From contig OZ218959.1 in assembly GCA_965112735.1 (NCBI GenBank), forward strand, positions 2,604,001 through 2,668,000: 64,000 bases of DNA, in the 5' to 3' direction. Below are positions 49,201-63,295 of this stretch, piece after piece. A model generated the notes under the pieces. The model had not been told where the DNA came from. It saw only the letters and a program-made list of their open reading frames with translations, and did no database searches. Made by a program: the position numbers and the translations under genes. This DNA comes from Phaeosaccion multiseriatum. Its lineage: Eukaryota; Protista; Ochrophyta, other classes. The number at the start of each line of letters is the position of its first letter. Position 1 is the stretch's first letter.

Positions 49201-52200
49201 TTTCACGCCAATGGTCTCGCTCCCTCTCACCTTGTTGTCGCATCTTCTCCACCTCCAGAGCTTGTTCAATGAGCTGCTCCTCCAGCAGCCCCACGGCCGC
49301 CTCCTGTTGCTGCTGCTGTATCACCAACTGCTTCCCGTGCTCCCGGAATCTGTCCTCTTCCTCCTGTTGGATTTGGGCGTTTGCCTGAGGTGTGCGTGCG
49401 GGGTGAAGAGGGGGGGGGGGGGGCAGGGTGAAGGGGATGGCAGTTGATGACAGAGGCAGACACACAGAGGGAATTAGATACGAACAGAGAGAGTAGAGGA
49501 AACTTAGAAGTTGAGCAGGAAAGGCAGCGAGAGACACACAGAGAGAGGGAGCGTAAGTGAGAGAAGGACAGAGAGAGAGAGAGGATTAAGAGAGACCCGC
49601 CCTCCCTCCCTCCCTCCTTCCTTCTTTCTCTTTCCTCCCTCCCTCCCTCCTTTGTCGCACCTGAGCACTGTCGTGTGACGCCTTCAGCTCCCTCTCGAGC
49701 TCTTCCCTCTCCTCTTTGGCGATGCTTTGCTGCCGACTTAGGCCCTCCTGCAGTGCTCGAATCTCCTTCTTGAGGACCACCATCTCCTCCATCATCTTGT
49801 GCTGCACTGCTTCTGCTTGTCTCCCATCCTCCAGCATTTGGACCTTCTGTCTCTTGGCAAGGACCACTTCTTCCTGCTTCACGTCCAGCTGAGCGAGCAG
49901 GTCTTTTACATTTAGAGAGGGAAGGAGGGAGGGAGGGGAGCGAGCGAGGGAGGGAAAGAAGTAGGGAAGGGGGGGGGGGGGGGGAGGGTGGGAGGGAGAG
50001 AGGGAGGAAGGGAGGGAGGGAGGGAGGGAGGGAGAGGTTAGACTACAGCGTGCTTTCACGAGTATATACATACGCGCACATGCACACACACATCCATGCA
50101 CACACACAGACAAGCGCGCGCATGCTCGCGCGCACCCACGCACCCACGCACTCACGCACCCACGCACCCACGCACCTGCTCTTCCCCTTTCGTACTCGTC
50201 CTTCTCCTGCTGTATCGCCTCGCTGCGCTGGTGCAGTAACTGCTCCATCTCCTGTCGGTCCTGACCCGCATTGTCAACGGCCTTTTGCCAGAAGTTGGTC
50301 ATCCGTGTGTGGTCGACATCCTTCTCGAAGAGGGCCTCACGAAGGTCGGAAATCTCCTCCCTCAGCTTCAGAATGAGCGGGTTGGCCTCCCCGTCGTTGA
50401 CCACCGCTCGACTTACGATCTCTTTGGCCCTCTCGACATACCGAAGGGTCGACATTGTTTCGTTGTAGGACTCCGCGGTGGGACTAATGGCCGCGAGCAT
50501 AACGGTTTTGGAGTTGCCCCCCAGAGAGTCTTTGAGGAGCCACGTCAGCACGGAGTTACGGTAGGGCACAAATGTCCCACCTTTCTCGTCGTCCCCTCCC
50601 CCTCCTCCTCCTCCTCCTCCTCCTCCTGCTGCTGCTGCTGCTGCTGCTCCTTCTCGGCTCGACTTGGCCAGGGCTTTAATGACGTCCCCGAGTGTAGAGA
50701 GAGACTTATTAATGTTTGATGCCTCCTTGAGACGGTCTCCCTTGGCACCTGTGGAGTTGGCTCTCTCACTGCCCGCTAAGTCAACGAGGCGTATCTTGCT
50801 GCTGCGCTCCGAAACGTCCACATCCTTTGCCTTGGAGGAGGGGGAGGAGGGAGGGGAGGTGGTGCCACTGCCAGACAGAGGACTCGCCACTGTGGTCTGT
50901 GGGGTGAGAGTACATGTATAACAGGGGTTCAAGGGTGGGGGGGAGGGAGTGCAGGAGGGAAAGTCAGTACGGCAGGGCCACCTCATGATAAGAGAGAGGG
51001 TGGACGGTTGGAGGGCGTGAGGGTGCATTCAACATGTTTCCTCCTTCCCTCCCTTCCTCCCTCCCTCCCTCCCTCCCTCCCTCCCTCCCTCCCTCCCTCT
51101 CCCCCCCCCCCCCCGCTCTTGCATTACCTTAAGCTTGACAGTGAAGATAGCATGACTGCGACTGGACACCTCATTCATTGCCGTACTGGCCGTGGTCCGT
51201 GCCGCCATACCCAGCTCAAGTAGGTGGCGAATCTGGGTATACGTATTCACAGGCTTTGCGCGAAGGCCTTCGACGAAAGCACCGGTCTGGGGGTGCTCTC
51301 GAACGCGCAGCCACTCTTCCTTCTTAGGGGAGAAGAGGTCTCGGACTTGTTCGTTGTAGATCTCACAGAAGGAAACTTCCACGCCTGCAGCCGCTATGGT
51401 ACTTTCACTGAGTGCGTCTGTGAGGAGGGAAGGGAGGGAGGGAGGGAGGGAGGGAGGGAGGGACAGAGGGACAGAGAGAGAAAGGGAGGGAGGGAGGGAG
51501 GGAGGGAGAGAGAGAGGGAGGGAGGAGGGGGGGAGGGAGGGAGGGAGGGAGGGAGGGAGGGAGGGAGGGAGGGAGGGAGGGAGGGAGGGAGGGAGGGAGG
51601 GAGGGAGGGAGGGAGGGAGGGAGGGAGGGAGGGAGGGAGGGAGGGAGGGAGGGAGGGAGGGAGGGAGGGAGGGAGGGAGGGAGGGAGGGAGGGAGGGAGG
51701 GAGGGAGGGAGGGAGGGAGGGAGGGAGGGAGGGAGGGAGGGAGGGAGGGACAGAGAAAGAAAGGGAGGGAGGGAGAGAGGGAGAGAGAGAGGGAGGGAGG
51801 GAGGGAGGGAGGGAGAGAGGGAGAGAGGGAGGGAGGGAGGGAGGGAGGGAGGGAGGGAGGGAGGGAGGGAGGGAGGGAGGGAGGGAGGGAGGGAGGGAGG
51901 GGAAGGGGGTGGCAGAGTGGCAGAGTGGCAGCGCGCTGAGCGGCATTTCTTCTCTTCATCAAGCCTCAGACGCGATCCAAGCAACGGAAACGCGCACAGA
52001 CGACGCCCCTCCTCACACACCCTTCCTCTCCCACCGACTGGCCGACTGACTCACTGACGGACTGACACTGACCTATTCTCGAGCCGGGTTGCAGCTTGCT
52101 AAAGAGCTCCTGACATAGCCTGGGGATGATTCCCACCTCCTTTGCCTGCTCTACATCTGCAAGATCGGCGTTGCTGCCAAGCATGGTATGAGTTTTGCCG

Positions 52201-53575
52201 CTGCCAGTCTGTCCGTAGGCGAAGAGCGAGCAGTTGAAGCCCTGAATGGCGTTTAGCACAAGGAAGCTGCCGAGCTCGCCGTAGACATCTGTCTGGGTGC
52301 AGAAGTGATTGTCTCTGGAGTTGTGACTCCAGAAACTGTTACGTGCCAGTACAACCGCCATAGTCAAGTGGGTAGGTGTCAGGGAGGTGCGGTGTCAAAA
52401 GTTAGAGAGATGTAGTGTGTGGTGGTTGTATAGGGGAAAGTTTTGTTCATCTCACCCCAACCCATTCCCACCCTATCCAGCGCTGAAGTCGCATCGTGTC
52501 ACCAGCCGCTGTACACATCGCACCTGTGATCGAAGGTGAAGGTGCGCTGCCACAGTTTGGCATCTTCCTCCGTGGTCTTGCCAGCAAGGTAGTCTTCCGT
52601 CTCGTAGAAGGTCGGGTCCAGTATGTGCGTCTGCTTGCCCTCCATAGAGATGACTCCCTTGGACCCGTCCGCCACCTCCTTGGGGGAGAAAGGTCGGACC
52701 CTTACCGCGACATGCACACGGCCGGAAGCGTCGGGGGTGGTGAGGGCAGCCGTGGCCGCTACAGCTCCTACTGCTGCTACTGTTGTTGTGGTAGGTCTAC
52801 TGCTGCTTCCGATGCTGCTGCTGAAGCTGCTGCTGCGGCTGGTGCTACTATACTGGGTGGCTGCCGCCACTTGATCTGCCGCCACCGCCGCTGCTGCTGT
52901 TGCCGCTGCTCTGTCTGAGGCGCTTGCACGCTTGCCTTCGCAACTCTCGTCCGTAGTCACGACGAAGTCACCAGGAGAGGATACAATAGAAGATCGAGGT
53001 CTACCAGACATTAGAGCCTGAACCTGGCTCCGCTCCCTTTGCATCTGCTCCTGAAGTTGGGAGGCGTGCTGACGCTGCTGTCTGCGGCCCAGCGTCTGGG
53101 CCTCCCCTCCCCCTCCGCCCATGCTCATGACACGGGGGGCAGTGTGAGGCACCGCTCCCGAAGGAGTATTTCCTGATGGGGGGGGGGACTGTGAGCGCTG
53201 ATGGTACGCAGGGGGTGGGTGCTGGTCCTCCAGATGAGCCATGCTACCAAAGGAGCCCGGGCGAGAGGACGTTCGGCTGCTCCCGCTCCTCGACTGCCTC
53301 CGGGTCCCACTCTGCGAGCGCGGTCGCGGCTGGCTTTGGCCAGGCTGGTTATACTGCTGCAAGGCGGCTCTCAATGACTGACTCGAGGCGGAGTTGGCGT
53401 CAGCTCTGCTGGCTCCTCCTCGTCTATCAATACTGCTGCTCCTGCTCCTGCCGCTTCGAACAGCCGCAGGCACCTCCCTGCCTCTCGAAGAAAAAGGAAA
53501 CCCAGACGAGGGAGGCGCAGCGGCAGCTCTCGCATCCGGGTACTCCTTCCCCATACTCGCGGACTTCATGCTCAT
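40378..53575 (-). CDS. Very large kinesin-3-like motor: N-terminal disordered extension, motor domain, roughly 2000-aa coiled-coil tail
   Basis: Motor motifs: [43 protein letters not shown] (P-loop), [112 protein letters not shown]. One exon of about 5.1 kb (43845-48987) is E/Q/R/A coiled coil. Last exon 40820-40378. Confidence 0.9.
41909..42207. repeat. Intronic (GGGA)n microsatellite; similar tracts at 35346-35550, 49008-49154 and 51431-51900
   Basis: Seen directly. The pyrimidine strand is the sense strand of the minus-strand genes, near acceptors. Confidence 0.95.
47445..47635 (-). repeat. Coding 63-bp tandem repeat, three copies ([21 protein letters not shown]) in the kinesin coiled coil
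   Basis: Seen in both DNA and translation; 21 aa equals three heptads. Confidence 0.9.
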
Positions 53576-53919
53576 CCACTCGCTGCAGCCTCGAAGGTTA
53601 TCGGTGTTGCTCCTGGACCATGGAACGGTTCATGAAATGGACCCAGTCCAGATTATCCGAGCTTTCCAGAGGCTCTGGGCTTTCCAGAGTCTCTCAAAAT
53701 CGAAGGTGAAATGCTCCCCGCTCCCAGCTTCGCAAGGCAGAGCAACGAAGGTCAAGAGCGCGCACACACGCGCACAGGCCTGGAAAAGGAATCCGTTTTA
53801 CAGTTTCGGAACCGATAAACTTAAATTGAAAACTGTTTAATGACTTAGTGATCGTGAAATTGTACGACAGAGTGTGTGTTGCGCGAGACAGACCAGCTGT
53901 GCATGTGCAAGGGTAACAC

Positions 53920-56776
53920 ATGGTACGCGTAGGAGGGTATCAATCAGCAGCAGCAGCAGGATCAGCGATGCAATACCCCGCGTTCGTTCTTCACCCCAAC
54001 TCTCTGCATACCCCACGAGCCGCTCCTGCTGCCCTCGCGGCTACACAAGCTTGGAGAGGCGCTTCGCGAGGACAAGGATCAGCTGAATCTACCGCAGTGC
54101 TAGGGCTCAATGGCTTGAGGCGGCCCGGGCGGCGGCGCGCTCGACCCTCATGTGGCATCGAAGGTCAGGCTCAGCTGCAACATGGGCACCGGCAAACCTC
54201 GCCTCGTCTTCATTCGCGGATGCACTCTGGAAGCGGCCACACCGGAAAGGAACTGTCTCCTAAAGCTCTTCTTCGTCTCATAGGTACTTGTCCGACTTTG
54301 CTGGCTTTTTGCTTGCTCTCACCCTCTTCACGAGTTGGGCAAAAAGTATGGAAGAGGGGAGGCGTGTTTTCATTCAAGTTGTGGCAAGCGAACGACAAAG
54401 AGACCGTCGGGGAAGAGTCACACCGGTCCCTCATGACGGTTTCCTCTCATCCCTCAATCAGCCCCCCTCCTCCCCCACGCCCTCTCTCTACCTTAAAATC
54501 TCTACCAATGAAGGTGACACCCGCTCCAGGGGCAAGAAGGGCTCCTCCGTAAAGCCATCCTTATACCTGCGGGCCATGAGAGACATGACCGCGCAAGAGA
54601 GATGGGGTGATGTGCTGAGGAGCCTGGAGCTCTTGTTGCACTACCGAGGCCAGCCCCCTCGTGGTATGGAGCAGGGCCCGTACGTGGAGTGCCTAACGTT
54701 GGCCTTGAGAGCATGTGGGGAGCTTGGCAGGGCCGTCAGAGCTCAGTTCTTGTTGGACGAGCTGAGAGCAATTAGCAGGAAGGTGAGTGCGTGCGTGAGT
54801 GAGTGAGTGAGTGAGTGAGTGAGTGAGTGAGTGAAGGAGTGAATGGGTGATGAGCGTGACAGAAAGGGGGCGGACAGACAACCAGACGCAACGCCATGCC
54901 CTTTGTCAGGGGTAGGGGCTTCGAAACGGGAGACAGGGGGGGGATGGGCCTGGATGGGCCTTGCGTTTGTAGGACAAGATCGAAGAGAGGACAGTAGGGG
55001 GGGGGCGCAGGATGAATGAAGTTGGTGAAAGGGGTGCGCGAGTGCCCACCCCTGCTCCCCATCGTAGTTCTTCGCTTGCAATGCCTACAAGGTCCCTTCC
55101 TTCGGCCTTAGCCTCGCCTTCCCCCCCGCCTCTCTGCTCTTGCCCCTCCGGTTGGTCATCCGATCGTCGCTCAGTTGGGGTCTGGCCTGTCCCTGTCGCC
55201 GGACTGGTACAATGTGACTCTCCAGGCTTGCAGCAAAGCGGCCTGGATAACCAGCACCAGCACCAGCAGCACCAGCGCCAGCACGAATGACAGTGATGGC
55301 ATCATGTTCTTGGATGGCATCCTTAGTGATGGCGACGTTGGCAGTAGTACAGGTACCAGCAGTAGTAGTGCAGGCGGCATCAGCGGAGGCAGCAGCAGCA
55401 GCAGCAGCAGCCGCAGCAGCAGCAGCAGTAGCAGGCAAAGGGCGACGTGGGAAGGGATCGGAACCAAGGGACAATCAAGTCCTTACACCAATGGTTCTGG
55501 CAGGATGGCAGTAGATGCGAGAGGGCTGGGTAAAGGCAAGGACCCCGCCGCTGCTATGGGGGCCGTCGTGGACATCTTGGTGGGTGCAGGGGACGATGGG
55601 GGGGATTATGGAGTCCAAGGTCGCTGGGGCGGGGGGTAATGGGCGGTCGTTGGGGGCTTGGGGGGTGGGTGAGGCGAGGGAGGGAGGGAGGGTGCTCATC
55701 AAGATCATGTGTATGTCTGTATATGTGTGTATGTATGTATGTCTGTGTATGTATGTATACATGTATGCATGTACTCACTTCCTGCTCTACTCTCTGCTCT
55801 CTGCTCTGCTTGGTGTCAGGACTTGATGCGCTTTGACGGCGTGAAACCCTCCTTGTTAAGTTACCTCCACGCCTTGGAAGCGTGTATGCACTGCAGCTGC
55901 TCGCACACCGCACTACGCCTCGTCGGGGACATGGTGTGAGTGGAGGAAGGGAAGAAATGGGTGAAGGAGGAGAGAGACAATTAACGTCTGCCTGTCTGTT
56001 TGTTTGTCTGGATCTCCATCCTGACTGTCTGCGTGTATGTCTGTTTGATGTATGTGTATGCCTCTTGTCTCTCTCGCCGTGTGTGTGATGTGTGTGTATG
56101 TCTCTTGTGTCCGCCTCTGTCCTCGCGTCCTCACCTCCCCTTCCCCACCCCTCTCCTTCCTTCCTTCCGTCCGTCCGTTCGTCGATCCTCGTCAATCCCC
56201 GCTGCTCTCTCCTTCCTTTCACACACCTCCCATACCCGCACTTACCGCCGCCATGACATCACACACTCACTCAGTACCCTGGACAACATATACCCTGAGG
56301 AAGAGCACTACTCCAGGGCAATGATGGCGTGTGGCACGGGGGGGGACTTGCCCTCCGCCTTGACCCTGCTGGAAGAGATGCATCAGAAGGACGGGCGGGG
56401 GGAGGCAGGGGTAGGGCGTCGTGTCAATGTCGACATCAGTCTCGATTTCGATTTCGATGATGATGATGATGATGATGATGAGGGCGAGGGGCCGAATGCG
56501 AGAGCAATGAAAGAAGCCAAAGCCAAAACAAATGCCGTTTCATCGGTGGTTTCCGCCTCCACATCCGCCTCTACCTCTACCTCTGCCTCGGCCTCTGCCT
56601 CGGCGTTCAAGGCAGCACTGGTGGGGTGCTGTAGGGAGGGACAGGGGGAGGTGGCACTGGGGCTGATTGGGAGGATGGAGGAGTGTAATGAGGGCAGGGG
56701 TGTGTCAGGCCTCACTGCACACCACTACGACCTCGGTGAGTGGGTGAGGCACGGGTGCGTGTGTGTTCCTGTGTAT

Positions 56777-56812
<36 letters not shown>

Positions 56813-59800
56813 CGTGTGTGTATTATGTGTGGTTTTCTTCGGCGCTCCTTGTCGCACCCCGCATGCCCAGCTCCTCGTGTCTCATCTTGCTCTCTCTCTC
56901 ACACACACACACACACTCTCTCTCTCTCTTTCTCTTTCTCTCTCGCTCATTCTCTCTCTGTCCCCCTCTCTCTTTCTCTTTCTCTGTCCCCCTCTCTTTC
57001 TCTCTCGCTCTCTCTTTCTCCCTCTCGCTCGCTCACTCTCTTTCTCGTGTCTATCTCCCTCTCCCTGTCTCTGTCTTTCTCTCTCTTCTCTCACTGTCTC
57101 GCTCTCTCTCTCCCCCCCCCTCTCTCTCTCTCCTCTCTCTCCCTCTCTTCCCCCCCCCCCCGCCCCCTCTGTATGTATGTTGCATGCAACGTTCAGCAAT
57201 CGGGGCGTGTGGCCGCTCGAGAGCACCGGGGGCGTTGAAGTCCGCGATGGCCCTGCTCCGGCGCATGAAGGAGAGGGATCTCACGCCCACGCGGGACACG
57301 CACAGATTGGTACGAAGGGGGGGGTAGGTTGATACGTAGGGGGGTAAGAGAGGGGCGGACGGGACGAACGGCGGTGTTGTTGGAGGTGGAAGTTGTTGAT
57401 CCACATGGAATTGTTGATCCACAGACAGCCCCCCGCCTTTTCGTCCTACCGCCTCTCAGTTCCAACGCTTTCTCCGGTCTCTTCTTACTCCCTCTCTCTC
57501 CATCTCTCTGCCTCCCACTCTGCCTCTCTCTCCCCCTCCCTCTTGTCTCTCTCAATGCCCCTCTTTGTCCTTCTCTCTCTCAACCCTTCGCTCTGCCCCC
57601 CTCTGTGTGCCGATGTGCCCCCTCTGCCATGGACAGGTCCTCTACGCGAGCATGTATGCTTCTGACGAAGACGAGGACGAGAGGGAGAAGGTTGCGGACC
57701 TCGCGCTCTCCCTCATGGAGGAGGCCCCCTGCCTGGATGTCGAGGCGTACAGCAGAGTGTGAGTTTGAGTTTGCAGTCATCTCATCTCATGCACAGCCCA
57801 CCATACGCATAGACCCCTGATGTGCCCTCTCCATGACCTCCGTGTGTGATGACTTACTGACATACTGACAACATGCTCACATACTCACTAAACCTACAGT
57901 CTGCTGGCGCTGAGTAAGGCAAGAGGCTCGGCGGCTCGAGTAAGGGACAGCGACACGGTGTTCGCGCACATGAAGAGTCACGGGGTGGCGAAGAACACGA
58001 GATGCTTCGGACTCGCCATGGCCACCGCGAGGATGGCCAACAAACTTGACCTCATCTGGCGTCTATATCGGGACATGCAGGAGGAGGAGGGGAAGGAGAA
58101 GCAGCAGGAAAAGGGGGAGGGGAAGGAGCGGAAGGGGGAGGGGAAGCAGCAGCGGCAGCAAGGAGAGGAGGAGAGGGTGCAACCAACAGGCTTGATGATG
58201 GTACGTAACGGCAAGTGAATGCCCATCGTGCTGGAGCGGTCCGAATAGGAATGTGGAGGGAGGGAGGGGGGGAGGGAGGAAGGATAAGAGGCTAACAGGG
58301 GAGGGAGGCAGGCAGGCAGGCAGCCTGGACTTCCCCTGCATCCACCCGAGGCCCAAGGTCTACCGCTGATAACATGGTCTCTCTCGCTCTCTCTCCCTCT
58401 CTGCCTCTCTCCATCTCTCTCTTTCTCCCTCTGTCGGTCCTCTTGTGACCGGCCCCTCGCCTCGCCTCGCTTTGCCCCATGTCTATCCGCCATCACCACT
58501 GGCGACGGACGACGTCCACGGATTGTTTTCAATTCAATTGGCGATGACCGACGGACGCGGTTAACCTTGGAATGTATGCAAACGTGAATGTACAACACGT
58601 GAATGTGACTGCATGCACAACAACGACAGGACGCCCATGTGATCGACTCTCTCATGTACGTGTGTGGCGTAAGAGGCGACTTAAAGACGGCCAAAGAGAT
58701 ACGAAACAGGGCCATTGAACAAGGGGTGGGCATGACGCCTCTGGGGCTCAAGACGCTCGTGATATTGCATAGGAAGAAGGGACACTCCAAGAAGGCGTTG
58801 AAGTTTTTCAAGAGGGTGAGTGAAGTGGTCACACTGAGGGAGGGAGGGAGGGAGGGAGGGAGGGAGGGACGGAGCATCGCTCTATTGCTCCCGCGTGTGT
58901 CGTGGCCTCATACTACTCACCCCATCCATATTCCTTCTGACTCCCTTGCTCACTCACGCACCCACCCACCCACCTGACACTTGTTTTCTCACTCGCCTTT
59001 CTCTCGGGCACATCATGTGTCCCTTCCTCCTCCTCCTTCTCCTTCTCCTCCTTCTTCTCCTCCTCTTCCTCCTCCCCGCCCTCCTCCTCCTCCTCCTCTT
59101 CGAAACAGATGTGCTCCCTATCCATGCCCACCGACACTGTCCTCTGCAACGTGGCCCTCGCCGCAGCGGGGGACATCAAGAGACCGGACAGGGGCACACG
59201 TATTCTCCAACACATGCGCCGTCGTGGGGTGGAAATGGACAGAGTCTCGTACAACAGTGCAATGAGGGTATTGGCCCGAGGGGGCGACGAGGAAATTGCT
59301 CAGGTCAAGGCCCTCCTGGGGGAGATGAAAGCGAAGGTAGGTGGGTGCGGGAGGATGTAAGGGCGTGAGGGTGTGGGGGGTGGAAGGGAGAACGAGTAGG
59401 TGAGGGTGGTACCAAGAGGTGAGGGGGTGGAAGGGATAACAAGTTTGTGTGCATTCTATGGTGTGGGGGGGGCCTTTAGAGGGAGGGAGGGAGGGAGGGA
59501 AGAGGAGAGGCATACTTTTGGTCTGGTCTTATTAAGTGTAGCAAGAGGAAGAGAGGTCTCTCCAGAGTTTGGAGGATGTTTCCCGTTCTCCCTCCTTTCC
59601 TCCCTCTCTCTCTCCCTCTCCCCCTCTTTCTCTCTACGTCTGACCCCTCCTCCCACACTCACTCCAATACACGTACACGGTTCTGTTTGGCGTATGGCTT
59701 GGACTTGGGCTACACTTCTCCTCCCCCGTCCCAGGGTCTGGAGGAAGACGACTTCACTTACCTTGCCCTCATTGAGGCCACTCGAGGCCCTGGTAGGAGT

Positions 59801-61016
59801 GTCAAGGCGTGGTCTATTCTTTCACAGATGCGCAGCCAAAGCCGCAACAAAGCTACAAGTACAAGTACAGGTGCAAGTGCAACTACAGGTCCGCCTCCAA
59901 GCACCACCGCCGCCGTCACCAGGCCTGGCTCAGCAGTTGGTGGTACAACAGCAGTTGGTGATACAGCACCGCATGATGGGGCAGGGGCGGCTGCTGCCCC
60001 TCCTGCCAAGAAGTGTATTGCCTCCTTCCCCGCTTACTTTGCGGTGCTGCGCATCTGTCTGGAGGAGGCGAATGGAGACGTTGCCCTACGGGTCATGGAC
60101 GCGCTACTCTCAGAGGTGCGTGTGCGTGGGTGCGTGAGTGCGTGCGTGTGAGTGTGGATGCGTGCGTGTGGGTGTGGGTGGGTGTTGGTGTGTGCGTGCG
60201 GAGGAAAGGGTTTTTTGCTTGCTTGCTCTTACCACCAACTGTACTGTTGCTGCTGCTTCTCCCCCTGCCTGCCGCTGCTACTAAATGCTCATGCTAATTA
60301 ATTGTTCTCTGTCTTGCATCCGCGAACAAACCCACTGCCTACCCGGCTGCAGGGAACCGACCCTCCCCAAGAGGCCTATGACATGACCATCAAGACGCTG
60401 AGCAAGGCGGGGAGGTGGGAGGAGGCAAAGGCTCTTCACGTCAACCACACCAAGCTCTTCCAACAGCATGGTACTCGGCCTGAGGTGGAGAATAGCACTG
60501 ATGAGAGCGCTCAGGAGAGGAAGGAGGACAGCACTCAGGCCAAGCTCGAGGCCAGCCCTGAGACTCTGACCAGGCACCCTAAGATGAAGGATGGGTATCA
60601 GGCTCCTCAGGCTCAGGTGCAGGCTCATCAGCAGGCGGGCACACAGACTCAGGCGAAGAAGATGGAGCTTAGCACTCACACGCGGAGCACCCCTCCACAC
60701 CAGCAGCGGCAGCAACAACGGCAGGGCCAGCAGCAGGGCCAGCAGGAGGACCAGCAGCTGCAGCGGCGGCGGCTCGACGGTTACGTTTTGCTCCTGAAAC
60801 AGGCAGCGGGGTCCAGGGACGCGCTGCGGCTGCTCGGCGACATGAGGGAGCATGGAGGGGTGGAGCCGGATGCGCTGTGCATCAACATTGCGCTCTCCAA
60901 GTGTGTGGCGGATCGGGCCCATGTGAGTGTGGTTGGGAGTGATTGGCGGGTGGTCGGTGCTCGTTGGGGAGGAGAGGTGTGGGCGCGGAGATTGGTTTCT
61001 GTGCACTGAGCATGTT

Positions 61017-61062
<46 letters not shown>

Positions 61063-62199
61063 CTCTCTCCCTCTGCCTCTCCCTCGCTGGCTCGGGTCAT
61101 GCGTACTTGTGTGTCCCCCCGGTCGGGGACTCCCCTTTCCACACACATATACACACACTAACACGCACACACACACACACAGTACAAAATGCAGAAGTTG
61201 TACAGCGGCATGAAGCACCGAGGCGTCTCCCCCACGAGCGAGACATTCAGCAACATGATCTACAGCGCCTGTCTACAGCACAAGCTCGAAGAGGCACTGG
61301 CCTACCTCACTCAGGCCCGGCAAGAGCACGGTCTGAGGCTTGATTACTTCGCGTACGCGCCCTTGGCTAGGGGTCTGTCCAAGACGAGGCGGTTTCAAGA
61401 GTGTGCGGATCTCATTCCCCGTATGCTTGAGGACGAGTGTGATTTGTATCACGATACGTGTACGCAGTTGCTGCAGGCGGCGGGGAGGTGAGAAGAGGGG
61501 GTGGGGGTGGGGGTGGGAGGGAAGGAGGGAGGAAGGGAGGGAGAAGGGAGGGAGGGAGGGAGAAGGGCGGTTGGAGAGATACAGGAGATGACAGAGAGGG
61601 CACATCTAACAGGATGGATTTGCGCGCTCGCACTCAACTGAAAACTATTCTTCGCCATCACTCACGCGCACACACACACATACATTCTCACAAACGTACA
61701 CGCACACACACATACACACGCGTACACGCAGGGTGGGTGCTGGGGGCAGCGCCATGGCCCTCTATCGACGCTACCAAAGTATCACCAACAGCAACAGCAG
61801 CCGCAAGCATACGGACATGAGGGGCAAGCAGGGCAGGAGGAATATGGGCAAGAAGCAGGAGCCCATGCGGTCCAAACTGTACCTCTTCACGGTCATGGCA
61901 GCGCGAAAAAGCGCAATGTGGAAGGAAGTGCTCGAAGTGGAACAGGCTTGTCGCACGCGGGAGTGGGCCGCGGAGAGGGCAAGGCAGAAGCAGGAGGAGG
62001 GGCAGGGGGGGGAGGGGGGGGGGGTGTGGGAGTGGCCCGTGGGCGGAGGTGGTATGAACGGACCGGCGGCTTTGGACATGAGACAGGCATGTATGGACGC
62101 TCATCTTGAGGTAAGAGGGAGGGAGGAGAGGGGGAGACAAGGGCGACAGGAGGAGAGATCAAAAGAAGACAGCCAGAGTTGTCTTTCCCTTGTTTCTTC

Positions 62200-62231
<32 letters not shown>

Positions 62232-62471
62232 CTTCTTCTTCTTCTTCTTCCTTCTTCTTCTTCTTCTTCTTAAATGCGGTGCCCTGCTTTGCTTCCTCTT
62301 CCCCCTTACCTTACACCCCAGCTTGGAAATCTCGAGGAGCATCGACGCATCAAGGCCGAGCTCACCGCCATCCGACGGCGCCAACAGATGATGAAGGAGG
62401 CACGAGCACAGCAGGTCAAGGAGGAGGCCAGAATAGGGCGGGCGAAGGAAGAGGCACAGAAGGCTAGATAG
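53920..62471 (+). CDS. Multi-exon pentatricopeptide-repeat (PPR) protein, probably organelle-targeted
   Basis: About 15 phase-compatible exons. Motifs: PDWYNVTLQACSK; GVKPSLLSYLHALEAC; YSRAMMACGTGGDLPSALTLLEEM; ALLRRMKERDLTP; VFAHMKSHGVAKNTRCF; RGVEMDRVSYNSAMRVL; GVEPDALCINIALSKC; RGVSPTSETFSNMIYSAC. The start codon (53920 or 53968) is uncertain. Confidence 0.85.
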
Positions 62472-63159
62472 ACAAGGGAGGAGGAGGAGGAGGAGGAGGA
62501 GGAGGAGGAGGAGGAGGAGGAGGAGGAGGAGGAGGAGGAGGAGGAAGAAGAAGAAGAAGAAGAAGGAAGAGGAGGAGGAGGAGGAGGAGGAGGAGGAGGA
62601 GGAGGTTGAGGAGGGAGTGGGTGGAGCGGGAGAAGAGAGACACGTACGCACGCACGCACGCACACACCCGTCGATCTCCGCATCTCCCTGCTACACGTCT
62701 TGTATGGCGGCACTGCAGCCCCCCCCCTCTAATTTTTTCCCCAATAATACATGTATATTATTATGAGTTCGTTGGTGAAAAGATCAATCAACCCTTCGCT
62801 ACACACTTACTTCCGCGGCAAGGAGTGGGGTGGGAGGAAATAAACGTGTACTTGGCCCCCATCTCACAGGATCACACCCTTTACCTTTCTTTACCTCTTC
62901 GCCCCCCCCTCCCCATCCCCACTACAAGACACAAACCAATCCTTGGGTCTTCATCCCTCTTGAACGACTCTTCCCTCTGCGTGTGTGTACAGTTCAGCAG
63001 GCACACATCGAACTCTCCTCTCTCTCTCTCTCTCTCTCTGTGTGTACAGACGTGCACAAAAAAGACCAGGTAAATTGCCTACTCCCCTCTCTACGTGTAC
63101 ATAAGTACACAAAAAGGCCAGAGTGGATTGCCTCTCCACTTTGTGTGTGTACTGTGTAA

Positions 63160-63295
63160 GCCCACATAAACCCCTGTTAATGTCCCTCTGCTGCCCACAC
63201 AAACCCCTGTTAATGTCCCTCTGCTGCCCACACAAACCCCTGTTAATGTCCCTCTGCTGCCCACACAAACCCCTGTTAATGTCCCTCTGCTGCCC
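63160..63295. repeat. 33-bp minisatellite, four copies (GCCCACACAAACCCCTGTTAATGTCCCTCTGCT)
   Basis: Seen directly; the units are contiguous and near-identical, with no spacers. Confidence 0.9.

Noticed and set aside
44370-49331. LVIQ as a protein-level repeat explaining the dispersed motif
   Set aside because: The same nucleotides occur in other frames, on the other strand, in an intron and in intergenic DNA, and the codon choice is invariant.
63160-63295. 33-bp repeat as a CRISPR array
   Set aside because: No spacers; a simple tandem minisatellite.
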